From: an uncultured archaeon
GTDB lineage: Archaea > Asgardarchaeota > Lokiarchaeia > Sigyniarchaeales > SOKP01
Length of the DNA: 49,091 nt
Assembly (NCBI GenBank): GCA_964486045.1
Contig: CAZALK010000010.1
Span: forward strand, 148,989 to 198,079
Direction: 5' to 3'
The notes beneath the pieces are model-generated. The model ran no database searches and was not told the origin of the DNA. It was given only the letters and a program-made list of their open reading frames with translations. A program made the translations under genes and the position numbers. Positions 1 through 9,287 of the stretch are shown here, one piece after another; position 1 is the stretch's first letter, and every line of letters begins with the position of its first letter.

Positions 1-325
1 TTGTGGTTTTGCTTTAACTTCAAGAGGTTTCAGTTTGGGTTGTGGTTTTGCTTTAACTTCAAGAGGTTTCATTTCCGGCTCCGGTGTTGATTTCGCTTTA
101 ACTTCTGCAAGTTTCGGTATGGGTTTTGATTTTGCTTTAACTTCTGGATGTACCGATGTGGGTTTTGATCTTGCTCCAATTTCAAGAGGTCTTGGTACCT
201 TTTTTAATAGCTCTGTAAATTCAGAAAGTTCCAATTCGGGTTGTGGTTTGACTTTAACTTCTAGAGGTTTCAGTTCCGGCTCTGGCTTTAATTTGGCTTT
301 AACTTCTATAAGTTTCGGTTTAACA
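1..325. repeat. Imperfect 39-bp (13-aa) tandem coding repeat
   Basis: ttgtggttttgctttaacttcaagaggtttca occurs at 1 and 40, with a near copy at 241. Degenerate GCTTTAACTTC cores lie between and after these. Confidence 0.9.
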
Positions 326-1389
326 GAAACCTCAGAGATTATTGGTTTTGGCGTTGGTTCTTTCACTGTTTGAGGAGTAGGAACTTTTTTTGGTAAAACA
401 GACAATTTTTCTTCTTTAACTTTTGAACGAATTATTAAAAGTTCATTTTCTTCTCTATTTAATTTGGTGAGAGCTTCTAGATGTTGTTCACAAGTCTTTT
501 TTGAATTTTCTATTGAAATTTTTAACTTATCCACTAATACTATGGATGATTTGATATTTTGTTTTTTTAATTGATTTAATTTACTTTCCATTTCTTTAAT
601 GTTTTCCAAGAATTTATCAGATAAATCACCTTTTTGACTTGAAATTTTTTGTAATTCTAGCTGAATAAATTCGTGATATTTCTTTTTTCTAACTTCTTGT
701 TGGGAAGAATCATCTACTATTTTTATTTTTGATTTTAAATCTTGCTGCTTTACGTTAATTGTTGCTAGATTGACCAACTGACCTCTTAATTCCTCTACAG
801 ATTTCCCTATAATCTCAATAAATTCTGAACTCGAATTTTCAGGAACTAAATCGGGCAGTAAAATTTCTGACTTCTTTAAGAAAGTGTACATTAATAGTTC
901 AAAACAGTCTGTTACATTTAATTTGGATGTAGCTGAAGTTATTAAAAAACTCTTATTTTCACCAAGATAATTACGTACCGCTTTTTTAAAATCGTTATTC
1001 ACAAGGAGTTTGTCTAATTTATTCCCAACTATTAGTGTTAGAGGATCTTCTGAGTAACGGTTTATTCTATCTAAGAAATTCTTCTTATGAGCCTTTAATG
1101 TCAATTCTGGTCTTGTCATGTCGAATACCATAAGAACAAGGTCAACATCCGAGTAAAATGCGTTATTAATAACGGGATTAACCGCCCGATTTCCTCCTAC
1201 ATCCCATATGTTTAGTTTAAATGTTACACCGGTTTTCTTTAGTTCAAAATCTCTTTTACTCACTTTACTGTTAATTGTAGGTGAATACTTTTCGGGAACT
1301 TCTTTTCCTAGAAACACATTTACCAATGATGTTTTTCCAACTGCTCCTTCCCCATAAACAGCAAGTTTTAAATTGACGTTCCTACTCAA
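1..1389 (-). CDS. Ras/Rab-like small GTPase fused to a coiled coil and a Pro/Glu/Val/Lys-rich repeat tail (3' end runs off the window)
   Basis: Not in the ORF track because there is no stop in the window. Manual translation from TTG at 1389 (AGGCGG upstream) gives MSRNVNLKLAVYGEGAVGKTS (G1), YSPTI (G2), IWDVGGN (G3), VGNKLD (G4) and ITSAT (G5). A heptad-rich segment (ENIKEMESKLNQLKKQ) and KPLEVKAKPQP repeats follow. The frame is open to base 1. Confidence 0.9.
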   Translation of the reverse strand, partial: MSRNVNLKLAVYGEGAVGKTSLVNVFLGKEVPEKYSPTINSKVSKRDFELKKTGVTFKLNIWDVGGNRAVNPVINNAFYSDVDLVLMVFDMTRPELTLKAHKKNFLDRINRYSEDPLTLIVGNKLDKLLVNNDFKKAVRNYLGENKSFLITSATSKLNVTDCFELLMYTFLKKSEILLPDLVPENSSSEFIEIIGKSVEELRGQLVNLATINVKQQDLKSKIKIVDDSSQQEVRKKKYHEFIQLELQKISSQKGDLSDKFLENIKEMESKLNQLKKQNIKSSIVLVDKLKISIENSKKTCEQHLEALTKLNREENELLIIRSKVKEEKLSVLPKKVPTPQTVKEPTPKPIISEVSVKPKLIEVKAKLKPEPELKPLEVKVKPQPELELSEFTELLKKVPRPLEIGARSKPTSVHPEVKAKSKPIPKLAEVKAKSTPEPEMKPLEVKAKPQPKLKPLEVKAKPQ

Positions 1390-1682
1390 TTCAATATCCG
1401 CCTAGTAAAATTAAATAAAATAATCCAGTAAAGCTATTAGCATTCTATAAAAATTGCTTTAAAAAAAAGCAACTTAATTTATAAATTCTTAACATGTAAA
1501 TTATATTTAAATTTATTTAGAAAACTTGTTTAATAATCTTTATTTAACTGTTAATCAACAATTTAACGACAAGTTTTGTTAAAATTAAGAGTGAGTTAAT
1601 ACTTATCAGATGTTTAGAATTAAACACTTAAATATTCTTTAATCCAATTCTCAAATGGTTATAATTAAAATTCTTTTTAAAA

Positions 1683-1916
1683 ATGAAAGCTAAGAAAAAA
1701 ATCGAATTAATATCTGAAATCCTCGAAAGATATGATGAGGGAAGCTGTTTATATTGTGGGAGCACATTAAACGGAGATTTAGACGATTTTGATGAGTATT
1801 ATTCTAAAGATTGGTGTCCTGATTGCTGTGAAAATATAGATCCTGATGATGATTGGGAGGGTGCATGTGTACAAGCAATAGATAAACTAATTCATGAAGA
1901 AAAGTTTAAACCCTAA
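1683..1916 (+). CDS. Small acidic zinc-finger-like protein
   Basis: 77 aa, ATG start, CLYC and CPDC pairs. Confidence 0.75.
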   Translation: MKAKKKIELISEILERYDEGSCLYCGSTLNGDLDDFDEYYSKDWCPDCCENIDPDDDWEGACVQAIDKLIHEEKFKP

Positions 1917-1931
1917 AATGAGGTGAAGAAA

Positions 1932-2003
1932 TTGGTATTTCTAAAAACAGAGGTTTTCTTTGATAAATCATTATTACCTGATAGCTTGAATGAGTTAAGT
2001 TAA
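1932..2003 (+). CDS. Possible 23-aa micro-ORF (MVFLKTEVFFDKSLLPDSLNELS)
   Basis: Strong Shine-Dalgarno GAGGTGA at 1920-1926, TTG at 1932, TAA at 2001-2003, then a T-tract. Confidence 0.3.
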   Translation: MVFLKTEVFFDKSLLPDSLNELS

Positions 2004-2103
2004 GGAACTTTTTAAGATCTCCAACTTTTTTTTTTAGCTGAGTGATTTAAATAAAAACTTTATTAAGACATAATCTAAATCAAAGGTTTTAGTGTTTATA
2101 CTA

Positions 2104-2859
2104 TCAAAATGATAATAAAAACGCCATCAATAGGATCCCTGCAAGGATCGTTAAGAGTTGGCGAAGGCTATATTTTAAATCAGTGTGTTGGTGAAGATCA
2201 GGAGTTAAATCTGATAGAGCTATATATATAAAGCTAGCAGCGGAGATCGCAAGTAAATAAGGAACGATAAAAGAAATCGATTCAAAAACAAAAAATGAAA
2301 TGATCGCAGCTGGTATTGTAGTTGAGCTAGACAAAATATTATATGTAAATGCTTTCTTTTTTGAATAACCTGAATGAAGAAGAATTCCAAAATCGCTCGT
2401 TTCATGAGCAAGTTCGTGAACCATAATAGTTAAACCCGCGACGATTCCAAGGTTTATATGAATCAAAAAGGATGCAGCGATTACAATTCCATCTGTGAGA
2501 TTATGTAGAGCATCTCCTAAAAGAATAATTGATCCAGAAGCGTGCGAATGGACATCACATTCCTTATCCCTACAGTTTCTCCAGATAATGATTTTTTCCA
2601 TAATAAAAAATGCTAAGATCCCTCCTAAGATATAAGGCATGATAAGAATTGGCTCTGCAACTAATTCTAATGCTTCAGGTATTAATCCTAAGAAAGCTAC
2701 TGAAAGTAGAACACCAGTTGCAAATGCAATCAAGAGAGGAATAAGTGATTTTTGGTATTTTTCTCCTAAAAACACAAATGCACCAGCAGCACAAATGGCT
2801 CCAACACTTCCTAATACACTAAATAGTATAATTAATATAAGAGAAAGAGTTTCAAGAAT
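2104..2859 (-). CDS. ZIP (ZupT/GufA) family divalent metal transporter
   Basis: Motifs FATGVLL...LIPEA, His-rich loop HSH, GDALHNLTDG, HELAHE and FIYIALSDL. The track starts at 2775, but the frame stays open to 2865 and encodes an extra TM helix, so the start is probably ATT at 2859. Confidence 0.9.
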   Translation of the reverse strand: MLETLSLILIILFSVLGSVGAICAAGAFVFLGEKYQKSLIPLLIAFATGVLLSVAFLGLIPEALELVAEPILIMPYILGGILAFFIMEKIIIWRNCRDKECDVHSHASGSIILLGDALHNLTDGIVIAASFLIHINLGIVAGLTIMVHELAHETSDFGILLHSGYSKKKAFTYNILSSSTTIPAAIISFFVFESISFIVPYLLAISAASFIYIALSDLTPDLHQHTDLKYSLRQLLTILAGILLMAFLLSF

Positions 2860-2936
2860 TTGCCATCACACCAAATTTTAGTTTTTATAACTCATTTTTC
2901 TATTATTAGCGAATAGATTAAATTAAAAAATCATTA

Positions 2937-3554
2937 CTACTCTTCAATAATAAATATCTTATTAAACACCTGAGGCATACTATTAATAATGTTTTTCCGC
3001 GATGCTGTAATTAGTAATATTGAAGATATAGCTGCAAATCCAAATTGAAAGAAGTTTCCCGGTACTTCAACTAACGCAACAGAGATCCCTAAATTAAGAA
3101 CATAAGCTTCAAATATAAAATACCCAAATGGTATCAATAAACCCCCTAATATGACAGCAATTATATCACGATAGGATATACGTGAGCTTTTATCCTTAGG
3201 ATTTGAGATAAATCCAATAATGAATCCTTCAATTCCCTTTATAATTAATGTTGCGGGAGCGTATATATAATATGGGGAGAACATATCAGCTAGCATAGGA
3301 CCCACACCTCCAGAAATACCGCCCACAATCGGTCCAAATAGCAACGCTGTAAACATTACCATTAAATCTCCAACATTAATGTAACCTCCTGTGGCGGGAA
3401 TAGGAACTTGAATAAAAGCGGTAACAACATAAGATAAAGCAGTAAAAATCCCTATCAAAGATATTATCAATGGATTTGAAGGTAAAAAATATCCTTTCAG
3501 TGTGTTTCCTTTATATACAAATGATTTTTCTTCAGTTTCTACCATATTCTTCAA
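2937..3554 (-). CDS. ECF transporter substrate-specific (S) component
   Basis: Hydrophobic; motifs VPIPATGGYINVGD, LLFGP, GVGPMLAD and TLIIKG are typical of S components. The start may be ATG at 3545. Confidence 0.85.
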   Translation of the reverse strand: MKNMVETEEKSFVYKGNTLKGYFLPSNPLIISLIGIFTALSYVVTAFIQVPIPATGGYINVGDLMVMFTALLFGPIVGGISGGVGPMLADMFSPYYIYAPATLIIKGIEGFIIGFISNPKDKSSRISYRDIIAVILGGLLIPFGYFIFEAYVLNLGISVALVEVPGNFFQFGFAAISSILLITASRKNIINSMPQVFNKIFIIEE

Positions 3555-3680
3555 CTTAAATATATTTAAGTTTCAACTTATCTATCCTCGAATTTTAATT
3601 TTGTGGGAAAATTTTAGTTAGCATGTTTATGTTGAAGGAAAAATTGTAAATTTTTCACAAAAAAAAAGAAATAAAGAAAA

Positions 3681-4370
3681 TTATTTAGTTAAATTAATAC
3701 GTTTCTCTTCAATTTTAATATATTCTGGCTTAATTCGGGTTACTCGTTTGACTATTTTTGCTTGGAGATCGATGACCACGCTACTCTTTTGGTCTGAGGA
3801 AATTGTAATTTTAAATATATAATTTGGTTCTTCTTTTACTGTAGGTTCAGGGGTAGATTTAACAAAAGTCACATCCTTAGTTTGTTTAAAATCTAGTGTC
3901 AAATCAATTTCATTATCGAGTTTATTCTCTATGGTGATCTTTCTTATAATTTTATCATATCTAGTCCGTACTTCAATGTGTTCTTTAGGTTTAAGGGCAT
4001 CTTCAAATGTTATTTCTGGTTTTCCCTCAACTATCAGAACGATATCATCCTCGACAGAAATATCATCATCAATCATTTCTTCAGAGATTATCTTATTACC
4101 AATTGTTGTAGATGTGGTTAAAAATAAGAAAGGGAGTCGATTTTTGTATATAGTCATTGGGGAATTCGCTGGAATATCTTTAGGATCTCCTTCTTTAATA
4201 AAAATATATTTGACAATAACATCCCATTCTTGTTTATTATATGTAGCTGAATTTGCGTTATACTCAATATTTGTTTTTCGTTCAATAGTGAATTCGCATT
4301 TTGATTTAAACCAATTTAATTTTATTTTTTTTCTCGTTGGCACATTAGCTTTCATTTCGTATAACCTCAC
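3681..4370 (-). CDS. Hypothetical protein resembling the C-terminal half of DUF4139 proteins
   Basis: Beta-rich. RKITIENKLDNEIDLTL...YIFKITISSDQKSSVVI resembles the DUF4139 C-terminal sandwich. Overlaps the upstream gene by 4 bp (GTGA). Confidence 0.65.
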   Translation of the reverse strand: MRLYEMKANVPTRKKIKLNWFKSKCEFTIERKTNIEYNANSATYNKQEWDVIVKYIFIKEGDPKDIPANSPMTIYKNRLPFLFLTTSTTIGNKIISEEMIDDDISVEDDIVLIVEGKPEITFEDALKPKEHIEVRTRYDKIIRKITIENKLDNEIDLTLDFKQTKDVTFVKSTPEPTVKEEPNYIFKITISSDQKSSVVIDLQAKIVKRVTRIKPEYIKIEEKRINLTK

Positions 4371-5104
4371 AACATAAGATTTTTCAATCTTTGAGTTCTT
4401 TTCATTACTTTACGTGGAAGGGATTGTTGTACTTCTTCGCTTTCGTTATACATTGGTTGTATGTTAGGCGCATTTAGTGGAGAAAAACCAAGAGTCGTGT
4501 CAATAGGAATTTCAAATATTGCAAAACTGAGTTCTACATCCTCGTATGTAAAAGCAGTTTGATTATCAACTACGATAAAGCCTTCGATTTCAGCATTATT
4601 ATCACTATCAATATTTACATTAAGCGTAGTCTCCCATTTAATTCTAATATCACTAACGAAATAATTAATCTTTACAATTATGTCACCTTCTCTTTTTGCA
4701 TTTAGTATAAAATCAAAAGTACCAATCATATCTGCATATGTTCTATAAGAACTGGCTTCACAAATACTCGAAACTCTTTCTCGCATTTCCCGTGTGAAAT
4801 CGATAGCATACGATATGATACTATTTGCAGCAGATTTTTCTCGGTCGATAATTTGATTTGAATTAATACTATCTGGGAGTGAAACTATCGTTTGTTGCAG
4901 CTTAATGTATTCCTTATCTTCGGGATTTATATAGTTTAATATAATATCAGCTGAGTTCGGATCAAAAGAGGCTGGAACGTTTGCTATCTCGAATTTATTG
5001 GTTCCTTGATTCAATGGTAGTTTAATTTCCCTTTCTACGATCCCACCTCCACCATTAAAAATATCTAATTTTTTCACTTTAGGGTCAATTAACATATAAA
5101 TCAT
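4367..5104 (-). CDS. DUF4140/DUF4139-like protein (N-terminal half)
   Basis: IVEREIKLPLNQGTNKFEIANVPASFDPNS and INY...W...VVDNQTAFTYEDVELSFA match DUF4140/DUF4139 patterns. Confidence 0.75.
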   Translation of the reverse strand: MIYMLIDPKVKKLDIFNGGGGIVEREIKLPLNQGTNKFEIANVPASFDPNSADIILNYINPEDKEYIKLQQTIVSLPDSINSNQIIDREKSAANSIISYAIDFTREMRERVSSICEASSYRTYADMIGTFDFILNAKREGDIIVKINYFVSDIRIKWETTLNVNIDSDNNAEIEGFIVVDNQTAFTYEDVELSFAIFEIPIDTTLGFSPLNAPNIQPMYNESEEVQQSLPRKVMKRTQRLKNLML

Positions 5105-5217
5105 TATTTTTTTGATTTGATGAAATATGAAACTTTTGTCTTATATATTTTATTTAAATCAGAAATTAACAAATAATTCAGTTAAAGTATATCGCCCCAA
5201 AATTAAAAAAAAGAGGA

Positions 5218-6177
5218 TTAAAAATTAGAATATGTCATAAATTTATTCCCTGAACCTAAACTGTAGATTTCAAATTTACTCCCACGTTTAGTTTCACAGA
5301 ACATCTGAATCATTGGAAATAGATAAATTTGAGTTGTGATTTGTGCGTCTTTATCCTTCTCATGCTTTCTATAATCACTCCTTGCACCACTTATTGTTTT
5401 ACTTATATTTTTATTTATATACCCTAAACTAGCCTCAACTTTTGATTCTAATTCTTTAAAATTGCTGAATTTAATTCCTTCAACATCTTCAATCATTTTA
5501 TGAAGATCATTTCCGATTTCTTTTTCGTATTCAGTTTGTGCACTACTATGAAGAATTGGGACACCAGTAACCACAGTTTGAAAGGGAACTGGCAAAACTT
5601 CATATTTATACATATTTTTATGACCACCACATTCTTTACAGGATTCTGTTCTATTCCCAGTCCCATGACAGATGCCACATGGATACGAAAATGGTTTTTT
5701 CTCTTTTTTTTGTTCTTCACCAACTAAAACTGTAAAATTTTCTTCGATTTTTCCAGTACCTTTACAAGTTTTACATTTATTTTCAATATACCCCTTACCT
5801 CTACAATTCTTGCAAATTACTGTTTGTATTGACTCAAATTGAGGAACTTTTTCTTTTCCTTTCCAATTTTCCTTGTTAATTTTTCCAGCACCTTTAAAAG
5901 AATAGAATTGCTCTCTCCCTACTCTTGGAGCAGTAACTAGATTATCTTCCTTTCCTTTCGGTGCCGGACCAAGAGATCGTTTAATTGCGAAGTATATCGC
6001 TGACTCCTTCATTGTATTTTTTACATATTCTGCCGCGCTTACGGCATCCAAGGAAAAAATGGCTCCCTTTGTTCCAAATTCTTTTTCCATTTTTTTACGA
6101 TCTTGTCTTACAGCCTTTTTTTTCCATTTTAACCAAATATCATCAAGATTTGGTGTTTTTATTCGAACGTCTGGCAA
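5218..6177 (-). CDS. DnaJ-type Cys-rich zinc-finger protein without a J domain, SSUH2-like
   Basis: CKNCRGKG, CKTCKGTG, CGICHGTG and CKECGG; no HPD motif. Confidence 0.8.
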   Translation of the reverse strand: MPDVRIKTPNLDDIWLKWKKKAVRQDRKKMEKEFGTKGAIFSLDAVSAAEYVKNTMKESAIYFAIKRSLGPAPKGKEDNLVTAPRVGREQFYSFKGAGKINKENWKGKEKVPQFESIQTVICKNCRGKGYIENKCKTCKGTGKIEENFTVLVGEEQKKEKKPFSYPCGICHGTGNRTESCKECGGHKNMYKYEVLPVPFQTVVTGVPILHSSAQTEYEKEIGNDLHKMIEDVEGIKFSNFKELESKVEASLGYINKNISKTISGARSDYRKHEKDKDAQITTQIYLFPMIQMFCETKRGSKFEIYSLGSGNKFMTYSNF

Positions 6178-6328
6178 ATTTTTATCACTTTAATTATTAT
6201 TTCTAATTTTTATTACCTTCAATTTATAGATTTGGAATTATAAAAATATAAAATAGTATGATTTATAATTTTTATATAAGAAATAAATTTTAAATTATAA
6301 TCTAAATAAGAAAAAAAAAGAATTAAAA

Positions 6329-6490
6329 ATGAGTGCAGAAGAACGTCAAGCAGTTGAATACTTCGTTGATTGGATTAAAGGTGGATCATTAGCACAGTGG
6401 ATCGAACACTTTTTAAATCAAGGAGATGAAGGGAAGCTTAGGCAGGTTAAGGCAGTATACGATAAAATCAAACAAGTTTTTGGTTTTTAA
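6329..6490 (+). CDS. Small 53-aa helical protein, absent from the ORF track
   Basis: ATG at 6329 gives MSAEERQAVEYFVDWIKGGSLAQWIEHFLNQGDEGKLRQVKAVYDKIKQVFGF, TAA at 6488. It is a GC-richer island inside very AT-rich intergenic DNA, followed by T-tracts. Confidence 0.8.
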   Translation: MSAEERQAVEYFVDWIKGGSLAQWIEHFLNQGDEGKLRQVKAVYDKIKQVFGF

Positions 6491-6603
6491 AAACTCTTAC
6501 TTTTTTATTTACTTATTTCATTGATTTTCGTTTACTAAAGGAAAAATTGAAGTTTAATACTTCCCTTTATTTTATTACAACAAGGTAATAAAAGGTTTAA
6601 TCT

Positions 6604-9273
6604 TTGAGTTTGGTCTCACGAAATTTTTTTATTGTTTTTGATCGAAAGTATTCAGCTAAGAAGGATTTACCGTTTAATGTAAACTTCTTTTATTTAAAGA
6701 AATTCCACCAAAAAAATTTTACATTTTCTTATATAAGTGAACCTTTTTTTAGAGGAAGTGTACTTTTTGGTTTGGATTTTAAAAATAAAGTACGCCCCTT
6801 GAGTTTCAATAAGATTGAAAAGGATGGGGTTGTTTCTCCCGTAAATCCTCATTTTTTCAAACAATTCTTAATATCTCAATATAATAAATTTATTGCTTTT
6901 TCAAACCAAACATCTCTGAATGATATTACAACTGTGAAAGAGATGTTAACTAAATTTCAATTTGACAAAAATAATATTATAAGATTAATTTTCTGTCAAT
7001 CTTGTTTAGATTCTCAAAAGTTTACGATTTTGACCAATAATATTCAAATTAAATCATTTAAAAATCAAATACTATGCTCTGAATGTGCTTATGACATAAT
7101 TCTTCGTGAAGCCAAGATGAGAGGATTAATTACTAATAAACGCATTAATCCAAAACTAAAGAACTTTTTTATGCATATGATACTTAAATTTAAAGATGTT
7201 ACAAAGGTATTATCCGTATTTCATGCAGATTTTGATCCTGTCAGTAATAAAGAAATTACACTCTATGACACTGAAAAGAAAACACCAATAGGCAAAGAAT
7301 ATCTTAACCAAGAGTTTGAAAGTCTCGACATACCTCAAAATTTTAAGATTTTGTTGAAAATTTTGAATTTAAATTTCTTATTACCGATTCAAGCAATATC
7401 AATTAAAAAAGGGTTATTAAGCGATTATTCAAGCCAGTTAGTAATGGCACCCACTTCAGGAGGGAAAACATTAGTAGGTGAACTTGCTGGTATTTCAAAA
7501 GTTATTAATGATTCAAACTCAAAAATGCTGTATTTAGTCCCAATAGTGGCTTTAGCGAATTTAAGAACTGAAGAATTTAAGGAAAAATATAAGTCCTTAA
7601 ACTTAGAGATTATAAAAAAGATTGGTGAATCAATGTTTGAAAAGCGGGAGAATAATGATCAACCAGATCTATTTAATGCTGATATTATTATAGCCACTTA
7701 TGAAGCAATTGACTATATATTACGGAGTGGAAATAAAGCTACTTTAGGAAATATTGATACGATTATTATTGACGAGGTTCAAACATTAATTGATTCAGAG
7801 AGAGGATATTTATTAGATGGATTTATTGCTCGGTTGAAGTTTTTGTACAAAGGAGCTCAATTTTTGTTTCTAAGTGCAACATTAGGAGAGCCAGAGTTAT
7901 TAGCTGATAAATTAAATTGTAGATTGATAATGTATAATAGCAGACCTGTTCCAATTGAAAGGCATCTATTATTATGCTTTAGCGAAATTCAGAAATATAA
8001 ACATATTTCAAAGTTAGTAAGATCATCTTACATGAAAAAATCACATTATGGATTTCGAGGTCAATCGATTGTTTTTTCTAATACCCGGAAAAAATGTGAA
8101 AGTATCGCATCTTATTTACAAAATAGAGGAATCAATGTAGTTGCGTATCATTCTGGTTTAGCAAATGAAGAAAGAAAGGCTGTAGAGGAAAAATTCCGAA
8201 CTCAAAAAATAGCGGGTGTAGTGGCTACAGCAGCTTTAGCCGCGGGAGTAGACCTTCCTGCAAGCCAAGTAATATTTGAATCTCTGGCTATGGGAATAAA
8301 ATGGTTAACAGTTGCGGAATTTGAACAGATGCTTGGACGGGCTGGAAGATTAAAAAAACACGATAAAGGTTTTGCATATTTACTCATCGAAACAGGGCAA
8401 AGATACTCTCCTAAGATGAAAGAAACAGAAGAAGAAATAGCTATTAAATTATTAAATGGAAAGATAAAAGATTTTGAATTACCTCCAATACAAAGTAAAT
8501 TTTTAACAGAATTAATAGCGTTTATATCTATGTTTACCAATGGTGTTGAAAAAGATGAAATTTACGAGTATTACAATCTTTTAATCAATGATGATTATGA
8601 TTTAAATGCACTTTTGAAAAGACTTAATAAGTTAAAACTCTTACGAATAAAAGAAAATCATGTTTACAAGTCAACACGTTTAGGACAAGCTGTTGCTAAG
8701 AGTTTCTTGACTACTAAGCAATGTTTAGAAATAATAGAAGTGTTGAAGAATAAAAAAAAGTCCATAATTGAAGTTGCTCTTGATCTTAAACCTATTAAAA
8801 ATGTGTATTTATCAAAGGGAATTGTAGCAGATTTAGCAAAAAATGTGAATATGAAATATCTTAGCAATAATTTATTTAGTAGCAGTGTATTATCTTTAAT
8901 GTCCGCAGGGCATGTTAAGAAGAGAAAATCATTTTCTCGTGAATATATCGATTTCATCTCGAAATGGTTAAATGATATTTTTAATTGCAGTTGTAAGGAT
9001 TCACCTTATTGCGATTGCGGGAAGTTAAATTTTGAAAAAATGATATTAAATTCACGTGTAAAACATCATTTAACGATTGAAGAAATATGCAGAACGTTTG
9101 AAGAAGAATATAAAATAAAGATTTTCAAAGGTGATGTTATAGATTACCTGGAATCCTTAATCTATAGTTTAGAGAGTATTAAAAATATATTAGAGGGAAT
9201 TTCTTACTTGAATCCAATATATCAAACAGAAATACAAGAAATTCCCAGTATAATTTCAAAGATAAAATACTAA
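6604..9273 (+). CDS. Archaeal superfamily II (Ski2-like, COG1202-type) helicase
   Basis: Q motif LLPIQ, APTSGGKT, DEVQ, LSAT, YHSGL, TAALAAGVDLP and QMLGRAGR. N-terminal CxxC pairs and C-terminal CSCKDSPYCDC. Confidence 0.92.
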   Translation: MSLVSRNFFIVFDRKYSAKKDLPFNVNFFYLKKFHQKNFTFSYISEPFFRGSVLFGLDFKNKVRPLSFNKIEKDGVVSPVNPHFFKQFLISQYNKFIAFSNQTSLNDITTVKEMLTKFQFDKNNIIRLIFCQSCLDSQKFTILTNNIQIKSFKNQILCSECAYDIILREAKMRGLITNKRINPKLKNFFMHMILKFKDVTKVLSVFHADFDPVSNKEITLYDTEKKTPIGKEYLNQEFESLDIPQNFKILLKILNLNFLLPIQAISIKKGLLSDYSSQLVMAPTSGGKTLVGELAGISKVINDSNSKMLYLVPIVALANLRTEEFKEKYKSLNLEIIKKIGESMFEKRENNDQPDLFNADIIIATYEAIDYILRSGNKATLGNIDTIIIDEVQTLIDSERGYLLDGFIARLKFLYKGAQFLFLSATLGEPELLADKLNCRLIMYNSRPVPIERHLLLCFSEIQKYKHISKLVRSSYMKKSHYGFRGQSIVFSNTRKKCESIASYLQNRGINVVAYHSGLANEERKAVEEKFRTQKIAGVVATAALAAGVDLPASQVIFESLAMGIKWLTVAEFEQMLGRAGRLKKHDKGFAYLLIETGQRYSPKMKETEEEIAIKLLNGKIKDFELPPIQSKFLTELIAFISMFTNGVEKDEIYEYYNLLINDDYDLNALLKRLNKLKLLRIKENHVYKSTRLGQAVAKSFLTTKQCLEIIEVLKNKKKSIIEVALDLKPIKNVYLSKGIVADLAKNVNMKYLSNNLFSSSVLSLMSAGHVKKRKSFSREYIDFISKWLNDIFNCSCKDSPYCDCGKLNFEKMILNSRVKHHLTIEEICRTFEEEYKIKIFKGDVIDYLESLIYSLESIKNILEGISYLNPIYQTEIQEIPSIISKIKY

Positions 9274-9287
9274 CGAAATACAAGTAA

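Noticed and set aside
1-325. Repeats as a possible CRISPR array
   Set aside because: The repeats are tandem, keep the reading frame, have no unique spacers and have no cas genes nearby.
35-373. 112-aa plus-strand ORF with GFALTS repeats
   Set aside because: It is the antisense shadow of the PEVK-like repeat of the minus-strand GTPase gene.
5218-6177. dnaJ
   Set aside because: No J domain/HPD motif or G/F region, and no dnaK or grpE nearby.
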